A DNA stretch of 64,000 nucleotides from Neovahlkampfia damariscottae (Eukaryota). Below the pieces are notes generated by a model that saw nothing but the letters and a program-made list of their open reading frames with translations, was not told the DNA's origin and ran no database searches. The stretch covers positions 1 to 64,000 of the forward strand of contig JABLTG010000044.1 in the NCBI GenBank assembly GCA_016618085.1. Reading direction: 5' to 3'. This document shows, one piece after another, positions 27,846 to 37,519 of this stretch. The position numbers were made by a program, and so were the translations under genes. Position 1 is the stretch's first letter; every line of letters begins with the position of its first letter.

Positions 27846-28664
27846 ATGTCTATTGAAAACCAAGGCTCTACTTATTATTCTGATTATGAGAAATGTAAAG
27901 TTATATTCAAAGAATCCCACAAAAACTATAAAAAACTTGATGAGCTTGGAATATGTTCAATGATAATTCAAAATAAATTTGATGATGAAAAAGGACTTCA
28001 TAATGACGAAAATTTGACTCAATCAGTTGTAAATAATTTAAAAGGAAAAGGTGATTGTATTACAAGTTCAATTTTTGTTGAGGATTTGTTGAAGAAACAA
28101 AATCTTAAGTTTTCTTGGGCGACTGGATATCTCCAACCTGAAAACGAATTTCATTGTTTTCTCGTTGTTTTTGTTGATGTCAACGCAAACTCTGGAATGA
28201 TTTTAATGGATGCCACAAGGGGTGATAATATAACAGAACCACTTTTTCTTTTAAAGTCTGAAGGAGCATCAATTTATGTGCCAAAAGCGAAATTACAATT
28301 TTCTTTTATAAATCAAAAAATTTTTCAAGTTGATGGATGTAATTATAAAGGATCATACTCATTAGATGACAATTCCTCTTCAGCATTAGAACAATTACGT
28401 AAAAGTTTTGAGGAAATTAGTAATACAACAATAACAAGAAATAAAGTAACACAAAAACTGAGTGAAATTAAAATACCAACACTTCCAAATATTGAAAATA
28501 TTTTAAAAAAAATTAGTAACGCTCTAAATGAGGAAGAAATGATCATTATTTCTAAGAAGTCTTTAGAAGAAGAACTCAAACAGAAAAAACTGGAAGTTGA
28601 TATTTTGAAGACTATTAAAGAAGACTATGACAGTGTTTCTAAATTTATGGATAAAAATAAATAA
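27846..28664 (+). CDS. Transglutaminase/papain-like fold protein with a Cys-His-Asp triad
   Basis: KGDCITSS...WATGY...FHCFLVV...ILMDAT spacing is typical of transglutaminase-like catalytic triads; intronless. Confidence 0.55.
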   Translation: MSIENQGSTYYSDYEKCKVIFKESHKNYKKLDELGICSMIIQNKFDDEKGLHNDENLTQSVVNNLKGKGDCITSSIFVEDLLKKQNLKFSWATGYLQPENEFHCFLVVFVDVNANSGMILMDATRGDNITEPLFLLKSEGASIYVPKAKLQFSFINQKIFQVDGCNYKGSYSLDDNSSSALEQLRKSFEEISNTTITRNKVTQKLSEIKIPTLPNIENILKKISNALNEEEMIIISKKSLEEELKQKKLEVDILKTIKEDYDSVSKFMDKNK

Positions 28665-29514
28665 TTTATTGACAATTTTTTGATCAAATTACCACAATTT
28701 CCATTTTTTTATAAATTAATTGAAATATGAGAAAAATCGTGTTGCTTTCTTCACAATTAATGTTCTGAAATTCGTCCAAATAAAGGAACAGATGAATGTT
28801 TTAAACAAGCAATATTTATTTTTCGTTTCTTAATTCTATTTCCATTTTTTCGTATTCTTTATGGATATCTTCATCAACATCATATGAATCCAATGGAGCG
28901 TAAGAAATCTTTTTGGAGTCTAGCTCTTCTTCGGTCATTCTTATTTGATTTGTGATATGGAAGTTAATGTCGCTAATCTTCATTTGGCATTTTTCAATGT
29001 CTTTCTTGAGACCTACCATTCTTTGTCCAATTTCTTTTCTAACTTGTTCTAAAGTCGCATTTTTGAAAAGATTTTTTTCGCTTTCGTAACATTTACAGAA
29101 ATCATCAAGGTTTTTTTTTGACGTTTTTGGCGTAGTTCTTCGTAGTTAATAGTTTCTTCTTCGTCAGGAAAACAAAAAAGGCGTTTGATCTGCTTCATGC
29201 TTTTCCAACTTGAACTAGTGATATTATTGGCCGATTGACAAAAGTAAACTTTATTTGTTTTAACTCATTCTCGAAAGAAAGAGGCTGACTTCTAATAAGT
29301 AACCAGACATATGAACAAGAACTGGAATTTCAATGCCATTGTCAATAAGAAAAAGATGAATATAATTTATTTTGGTCACAGCACGACACAGAACTGAGGA
29401 ACATTCTAATAGCAAAATTTGGCATTGTATCATTTTTATTGTTATTTAGTATTCCAAGTAATTTTCTTGTTCATGATATTGATGTTTTGTGTTATAGTTT
29501 TTTATAAAACTATA

Positions 29515-29862
29515 ACATTTCAAGTTCGTCAAACACTAAAACATCTTGCTCAAAAAGATTCTGTTCAAGTACATGAAGTTTCAGAACATTATACCAGTTG
29601 TACATGTGGATCATGTGGAAAAATAGATTGGAAACTTGGAAAAAAAGATTATTTCAATTGTAAATATTGTAATTTTTCTCTTCCAAGAGATTATAATGGA
29701 GCAAGAAATATATTTCTGATGAATATACAAAATTTTATTGGAAATCCAAAAACTGCCAGTACTGCTGGCGACGGTCCTATCCCGAAAGAAATCTTGATTT
29801 TAATGTCTGGTCTGATTAATCAGAATGAACGGAAAAGTCAGTTTTAAGATAGCGGTTGATTG
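29515..29862 (+). mobile_element. Fanzor/TnpB-family remnant (RuvC-II, zinc finger, RuvC-III) plus putative omegaRNA/right end
   Basis: FQVRQTLKHLAQKDSVQVHEVSEHYTSCTCGSCG...FNCKYCNFSLPRDYNGARNI matches the TnpB/Fanzor C-terminal signature ExYTSxxCxxCG...CxxC...RDxNxAxNI; followed by a GC-richer hairpin-rich tract. Confidence 0.8.
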
Positions 29863-30140
29863 TAAATTTTCTGTGTTAAATTCTGTTTGAAGAAATTTGA
29901 AAAAATAATTTGCTCCTATTGGACAACTTGTAAGAGTGTCAATGGTGAGTGAACTCATTAAGGTATCTTCCCATTCTTCGTATAAACTTTCAACTGATTT
30001 TTCATATTCTTCTTCATTTTCGGCTTCAGTTCTTGCTTCTTTAAAAGCTTGATGAATTGTGAGATTTTGTTTTCCTTACCTTTCATTATTTGAAGAAATA
30101 TTTGTGTAGAATGGGGTTTTTCTTCTTCTTTCTTGGGCAT
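29863..30140 (-). pseudogene. RGS-domain gene truncated at the Fanzor right end
   Basis: After splicing the GTAAGG...AAG intron: ...LTIDTLTSCPIGANYFFKFLQTEFNTENL, then the frame passes into the antisense of the Fanzor end instead of the expected xFW. Confidence 0.65.
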
Positions 30141-30194
30141 AACAAAATGATTGGAGGATAAGAATCAACATCTGATTGGTTTGACAAAAAAAAC

Positions 30195-32032
30195 ATGCAA
30201 GTGGACGATTTTGAAAAGATTCTTGATGAATTAATCTCAGAATTAAAAAAAAACATCTCTTTAAACTATAATTCAAATGATTCCGAATTTAATAAAGCAT
30301 TGAAACAATCAGAAGAAATTCATAAAAAAATATTTCAAAAAAACCGTCAGATCAACTCTGAAAAAGTGTTTTTGAAAATTTTGTATCAGAAATATGATAA
30401 TCTTGAAAAAAAAATCGAAATATATTTTTCAACAAGACCAATAAGCAAAGGACAAGAAAAATATTTTCGAAAAAAAATAAAAGAGTTTCAACAAACAAAA
30501 AAAGTGAATGAATCTCCAAATCCACTTGTAATTTGAAACTTTCACACTTACTCTTTTAAAAAAGAAATTCTCTGATTTGAGAAAAGCAACTTTTACTGAA
30601 TTAATCAAACAACAAAATTTTGAAGTTTATCCACATGCTTTTAAACCTAATTATGACATAAAATCGTTTATAAATAAGTTTTCAAATATAGAAAATAACT
30701 CAAGGATTGAAGAAGAATCAATATCGTTGACTGGAAGAATCACATTCAAAAGGAACACTCGTGCAAATTCTTTCATCACAATTCAATCAAATGAATTGAG
30801 TTTACAAGTTCTAGGAAATCCAAATGAATATTCAAACCCTGAAGAATTCGAAAAGATTAATAAATTATTAAAAAGAGGTGATATAGTTGGGGTAATTGGT
30901 CATCCAGGTAAATCTGTCCGTGGAGAGTTAAGCATTGTTCCAACCAAAATGATATTATTGGCACCTTGTATGAAAATGATTTCTGACAACTCAATGAATT
31001 TACCATATTTAGAATTGATCAATAATCCAACTTGCAGAAAGAATTATTTATTCAAATCCAAATTAAACAAATTGTTAAGACTTTTCTTCGTAGAGTTGGA
31101 TTTTTTGGAAGTTGAAACTCCGTATTTAATTCCAAAATTTAATTTAGTTTCTGAATTTGAATGTGCATTTGATGATGAAATGAAACTTTACCTCAGAACA
31201 TCTTCATTGGATTATTTTGAACATTTGCTCATTGGTGGATATGATTCAATTTTTGAAATTGGAAAATCATTTCAATCTGATATAGACAAACCTGAATATT
31301 CAATTTGTGAATTTGGTTGTTCCAATAGATCTTCCCAGCGCTGCCTAAATATGTTTCTAGATATTTTTCAAAGTAAGAAAAGAACATCAAATTGAATTTT
31401 AGACATTTGCGAATTAGGAGATTTCAAATTTAATACTGTTGAAATAGATGTAATACAAACATTAGAAGAGGTTTTAGGATTGAAATTTGATAATTTTGAT
31501 GAAAAAATGAAATTAAAATTGGAAGGAATTTTGAGAAAATTTGAAATTGGATGTGCACCACCAATAACAATTGAAAATATATTAAATGGAGTGAGATATT
31601 TTCAAATAATATTTTAACTATTTTTAATAGATTATTGATGAATTCATTATTTCCAAAGAATACAAAAATGATGATTTGGTAATTTTGAAAAACTTTCCCA
31701 ATGTTTATTCAAATATTGAACAAAGTGACAAAAACAAAAATTCTTGTTGTAAGATTGAAGTTTACATTCAAAATGAAATTATCTTCAAAGGACATTCTAC
31801 GAAAATTCCAGAAAAGGAAATTTTTGAAAAACAATTTGGATTGATTTCTATGTCTTTTGGTAGAATTTACACCGATAATATTTGTCAAGGCTTCACTGAT
31901 TGGGTATTTTTTTTTATTAACTTCTAATTGTTTAAGAATGGAATCTTGTTTCCCCTTCCAATAGATCCAAATAGAAAATGCTTGGAAGATGAAATCATGG
32001 AAATTTGTGATAAAATTCTTTCATTTCATTAA
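30195..32032 (+). CDS. Divergent lysyl-tRNA synthetase paralogue, probably non-catalytic (multi-exon)
   Basis: YPHAF...LTGRI...LKRGDIVGVIGHPGKSVRGELSIVP anticodon OB fold; FLEVETP; YLRTS...LLIGGYDSIFEIGKSFQSD; terminal ILFP. Confidence 0.75.
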
Positions 32033-32172
32033 ATTTAGAAATTCAATTTCTCAAATATTTGATTATCCAAATCAAAACTAAAAATAGTGATTTTCGATCA
32101 AATGACTAAAAAAAGTTATTTTGAATTCAATAAGTTCAATTGAATTTTGATGATCTTTTTCATTGTTCCAGA

Positions 32173-33924
32173 ATGAAAAAGTTATTTACTTTTTTCCTTG
32201 TATTTTTTTTCATTTACTGTTCAAATGCTTTTCAAATGAGAAGAATCCCACGAACTCCAAGATTTAGTGGTTCAAATCCAAGTTTTTACAGAGGTCCTGT
32301 ACAAAGATTTGAAAATAGAAGAGATGACTTGGAACAATTAGATCCTTTGCCACAAAAACTACAAAAAGTTTCTGGAGAGCTCAAAAAAGATATTAGAAAA
32401 TCAAGACGACCAAGACCAATCTATCCACATGAAAAACCAACTGTAAAAGATGAAACATGTGAAGATAATGTAATTGTTAAATGGGCAAGAATCTATCTTA
32501 TTCTCTTCAGGGATACTTTTGGGTTTTTATCACCTCCAATGACTGGAAGAGCACTTTATATGATTACTGGAGCAATGTATGATGCAATGTCTGCTTATAA
32601 ACCAAACTTGAAATCTCATATTTGCAGAATTGAAAAAAAATCACCTGAAGAAAATACAGAAGCAAATGTTGTGATGGCAGCTTCTCAAGCAGCGATGACA
32701 GTGATTGAATCTATTTTTAGAAATCATAGAGACCAATTGAAAACTGCTTATGAACATATAGAGCTAATCAAATCAAAATACGGATCAAGTGGAGATGCAT
32801 CATCTGTTGGTGCTTATTGTGCAAAAGAAATGATTGAAAGTAGAAAAGATGATGGAAGTAATGAATTTGGAGATGAACCTTCAACTAGAAACAATGAAGT
32901 TTATTCAGATTACACAAATTATTATCCAGTAAATCCAAATCAAACAGTTCCATTGATGACTGATTGCAGAAAAGTTAACTCAAGAAATCATTGGACTCCT
33001 TTATTAGTTCCAACGATGAACGGTCCTCCAAAAGTTCAAATTGCACAATCACCTCATATGATGAGTGTTAAATCATTTGCTACAAGTTTAGATTTATTAA
33101 AAACAGTTAAACCACCACCACAATTAGGAACAAACACAGAAGATAGATTTCATCAAGATCTCAACCAAATTCTTGAAATTTATTCGTCTTTAAATGATCG
33201 TGAAAAAGTCATAGCTGAATATTGGGCAGATGGTCCATTTTCTGCTTTACCACCTGGTCATTGGCACGTTATTTCACTTTTCATGATTAACAAGAAATGT
33301 TTATCCATTGAAGATTCAATCAAACTTTTATTTTTACAATCATCAGCAGCTTTAGATTCAGGTATTTTGTGTTGGGCAACAAAAAGATATTATGATTTTG
33401 TGAGACCTGTCACTGCAATCCATTGTTCAAAATTTGAAAATCAAACTATCACTTCATACAAAGGACCATATCTTGGAACTGGATCAATTTTAGGAAAACA
33501 TTTTCAACCATATCAAAATCCATTCTTCATTTCACCAGGTTTTCAAGAATACTGTTCTGGACATTCTGCATTTTCAGCAGCATCAGCAGAAGTTTTAAAA
33601 CAATTTTTCAATTCTGATGAATATGGTGAAGAAATAGTAATCAAAAAAGGTGAATCATTATTTGAACCAAGAATAGAAAGAGGAGAACCTGGGTTCATTA
33701 ATGGATTGACAAATGTACCAAATAGAGGTTCTCATAGTGTTGGTTATACACCTGCTAAGGATATTAGATTATCATGGAAAACGTTTTCAGATGCTGCTGC
33801 TGAATCAGGAATGTCAAGATTATATGGAGGCATTCATTTTAAATCAGGTGATTTAAATTGTAGAAAATTAGGAAGAGATGTTGGAAAAGTTGTTTTCAGA
33901 AAATATCAATCTTTAATAAACTGA
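32173..33924 (+). CDS. Secreted vanadium-dependent haloperoxidase (PAP2 superfamily)
   Basis: Signal peptide; YWADGP..PPGHW; KRYYDFVRP; EYCSGHSAFSAA; SRLYGGIHF; intronless. Confidence 0.88.
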   Translation: MKKLFTFFLVFFFIYCSNAFQMRRIPRTPRFSGSNPSFYRGPVQRFENRRDDLEQLDPLPQKLQKVSGELKKDIRKSRRPRPIYPHEKPTVKDETCEDNVIVKWARIYLILFRDTFGFLSPPMTGRALYMITGAMYDAMSAYKPNLKSHICRIEKKSPEENTEANVVMAASQAAMTVIESIFRNHRDQLKTAYEHIELIKSKYGSSGDASSVGAYCAKEMIESRKDDGSNEFGDEPSTRNNEVYSDYTNYYPVNPNQTVPLMTDCRKVNSRNHWTPLLVPTMNGPPKVQIAQSPHMMSVKSFATSLDLLKTVKPPPQLGTNTEDRFHQDLNQILEIYSSLNDREKVIAEYWADGPFSALPPGHWHVISLFMINKKCLSIEDSIKLLFLQSSAALDSGILCWATKRYYDFVRPVTAIHCSKFENQTITSYKGPYLGTGSILGKHFQPYQNPFFISPGFQEYCSGHSAFSAASAEVLKQFFNSDEYGEEIVIKKGESLFEPRIERGEPGFINGLTNVPNRGSHSVGYTPAKDIRLSWKTFSDAAAESGMSRLYGGIHFKSGDLNCRKLGRDVGKVVFRKYQSLIN

Positions 33925-33968
33925 ACTTTTTTGAAATTTCTGATCGATTTGTTTACAATTTTAGTTTT

Positions 33969-35655
33969 TCAAAACTTTATTTCTTTAATCAAAAATGTGA
34001 TTAAAAACATTGAAAAGTTCAAAATTGAGCATAAATAGAAAACAAAATGAAAATCAAAAGGAAAACTAGTTACACCTGAAATTGAAAAAGCAAACAAAGC
34101 AGAACCCAAAGCAGGTCCAGTTGCTCTTCCAAGTGCAATCGAAGATTGTCCTATTCCATTCAATAATCCTAACTCTTCCGAAGGTACTGAATTAGTAACC
34201 AATAAAGTTGAAGCAGTAAAACAAATAAAAATGGTAATCCTCTGAAAAAGATACAGTGGAATGATACTAATCCACATCAGATATGTTTCGATTTTTGCCA
34301 GTCTTCCAATTTCAATTAACATTAATAATGGCAAAATTGATGATAAAGAAAATGTTCTCAATGTTGATTTACTTCCGAAATTATTAATCAACCAAGGAGT
34401 GAAAAAAATTTGGTTGAATACACCTATGAGTCCAATGACCCCTTGAATGATCCCTATTTGATATGGTACTAAACTCAAACCATTAAGACTAATTGGAGTC
34501 CATGCCCATATCGGAAACACTTCTTGAAACATAATATCTGAAAAACCTAAAATAGCGTATAATAACACTGTAATAAGTGGTCCTCTTGATTTTAAGATGT
34601 GTGAATTTAGTATTGAACGTTTTGGTTTTTCTTCAATTGACTCTGATTTAGTCTGTTCTGATATGATAATTTTTGAATAATCATCATCCACTTCTTCAGA
34701 CGATTTTGAATCCTCTATGATTTCCATGTTATCATTTGTGTTATTAGTAACATCTTGTAATGATACCATTTGGTTTAAATCAATCCTTTTGTCTCTTTGG
34801 TCCATTTCTTGGTGAATAATGTTTTGTTCATTTTCAACAATTTCTTTGATATTTTCTCCATTTTCCACTGGTATACTATTCAATTCTTCTTGTACTTCTT
34901 CTTTTTGGTTTTTTTCTTTTGATTTATTCTTTCCTTTTGTTTCTTCTAAAAAAAAAATTCCTAAAATGAAACTGAGCATTGCCAACATTGAAATAATTAA
35001 ATTTGGCAATATGTATGGAAATCTGTTAAAAAACCAATTATCAAATAAAAATGGAATCTTATTTGCAGGTCTTGAAGTGAAACCACCAATTAATGGACCA
35101 ACTAAAAAAATAAAAAAATTATTTTTTTTTACCAACACCTGCTAATGCAAAAGTCATTCCAGAGAGAGCAAAAGCTCTTGCTATATTAGTTTCATCACAT
35201 ATTTCTTTCATGTATGTTTTAGTTACTCCAATATTTCCATTCAAAACACCAAATAAACTTCGTGTTAATAACGCCAACCAAAACCATCTCGAAAAACCAA
35301 ATAATAAACAAGAAATAGAAGTTCCAATTGATCCTATTAATAAAATAGGTCTTCTTCCATATTTATCAGATAAATAACCCCACAATGGCCTGTTGTTTTT
35401 TATTTTTTTTTTGTTGTTTTACGCTGTGAATAATTGTGTTAAATAATAACTTGAGCCAATGAAACCAGAATAATAACCAACTAATTTTGCATCTCTTTTT
35501 TCATCAAAACCGAGTAAATCCACTGTTAGTTGACTTAAATAAGGAAAAATTCCAACTCCTGCTAACAAATCACAAACCTGTATTGTGAATAGAACTAATA
35601 ACTTTTTTGCTGGTAATGGTGTTGATTGTTTGGTCCTTGAGCCTTGTGAAGACAT
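33969..35655 (-). CDS. MFS transporter (ZIFL/DHA1-like), 3 exons
   Basis: WGYLSDKYGRRPILLIG motif A, GVLNGNIGVTKTY, GPLIGG, LNGIGQSSIALGRATGP. Confidence 0.9.
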
Positions 35656-35977
35656 CACTTGGAAAACCGCAATTTCTTCAAATGGTGGCTGATTGGTCAA
35701 TACCTTCCAGTTTTTATTGCACACACTCAGACCAATCGTCCACTGTCATTTGTTTTGGTGGAAAATCAACAGCACTACAGAAAACACTTTCAAAAACCTT
35801 ATTTAAGTTTAAAATCGAGTTGAAGAACTAATAGAAAACTACAAGTCTATTTGAAAAGATTTTGTTACAGATTTGAAAAAAAAGTAACATTGATAGTAGA
35901 CCTTTCAATAGATGAATTCATTGAAACTGACAAGATAAATGTTCATTCAAAAATTGAACTTGAAAAACAAAGTTGAT

Positions 35978-37457
35978 TTAATTTGAACAAATTGGCTTTC
36001 CAGGTAATTTTCTCCATAAAAGATTTCGTGCTCTTGGAATATCAATGAAAATCATTCCAGTTATTTTGTTATCTTTGACAAAAAATCTACCTTTTGATCC
36101 AACATTTCCAATTTTAAATTCATGATTTCTTCCAGTCAAAATCAACGGAATTTCAGCAACATTTTTAAGATTAATATGGATCATATTGTCTTTGATATAA
36201 AGTTTTTGAACTGCTTCTGTTTCAGGTTGAAGATAGTATCCAGTGTATTTGTCTAAATCCTTCAATGAATACTTGGAATATGGGAGAGAAGTGAGTCCTT
36301 TTTGGAATATCAAATCATCAACCAAATTGATTTTTTGATTCATTTTGATATTATCTTTAGCATATATTTCAGCTACTTGAAATGATTTTGTGTATACTTC
36401 AGGATCGGCAATGTTTGCAGTGACAAAAATTGTCATTTTTTTTTCTGGAAATCTAATGAAGAATGAAGCAAATCCAGGAAATCCACCATCTTCAAAATAG
36501 TATTAATTGATATAAGAACCTACTATGACTTATAGATTTTAAACCCCAAATTTTTTGTATTGTTAATCCCCAAGCGTAAGAATGAGAAGTTCCATTGTTA
36601 AATTTACCTGGTGTTGTAACTAAATCGATTAATCTTTGACCTCCAGGTAATTTATTGTTATAGAAATTGTTGTCGTATTTCAATAGATCTTCATGGTCCA
36701 TAATTATTCCACCAGCAGCTCCTGCATTTTCAGAAATCAAAGGTGCATAAATCATTTCCTTTTCTGGGCCAATATCATAACCATACGCGCCATTTTTAAT
36801 CACATCACCAAAAGATGTTTGTACAAAAGTATTTTTCATACCCAAAGGTTCAAAAATTCTTTTCTTCATGAAATCGGAGAATGACATTCTTGATACTTTT
36901 TCAATCACATATTCCAAAAGTGTATATCCACTATTTGTGTATTCCCAAGACTCTCCAGTTTTAAAAATAAGATCTCTTTGTTTCTTTATCAAATCATATG
37001 CATGTTCACGGTTAAATCCATATAATCCTCCTTCTCCTCTAATGGTAGCCAATAACAAGTAATCACGAAGACCTGAGGTATGTTGCATCAAATTTAACAA
37101 TGTCATATTAGAAAATCTGAATTCAGGAAGATATTGTTTAATCGGTTTTGTTACATCAAGTTTTCCTTCTATTTGTAAAAGTGCAATGGCGAGACATGAA
37201 AATTGTTTTGAAATTGAAGCAATAAAATACCTTGTTTTCTTTGTGTTCTTGATTTCATTACGTACATCAGACAATCCAAAAGAATTTTGATAAATAAATT
37301 TTCCATTTTGGATGACACTGACAGTAGCACCAGCTGAACCTTTTTTGTTGTACTTTTCGAATAGTTTATTCACTCTTTCAGGTCTATCATCAGCATTTAC
37401 TAAAGAACCAAATACCAAGAAAATAAGAAAAAAATTGATAAGTTGTGACTTCATCAT
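35978..37457 (-). CDS. Secreted AmpC/beta-lactamase-family serine hydrolase (2 exons)
   Basis: Signal peptide; IASISKQF (SxxK), LMQHTSGL, WEYTNSGY (YxN), spliced SHNGGFPGF. Confidence 0.88.
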
Positions 37458-37519
37458 CCACTTGAAGTATCAAAAATAATTTTATCCAATGAAAAAGGTT
37501 CTAAAACTTTTATTTTGAA

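Noticed and set aside
26383..29200. Short ORFs 26383-26682 and 28816-29019 as genes
   Set aside because: No recognisable domain and interrupted by stops or frameshifts; treated as remnants within the accessory island
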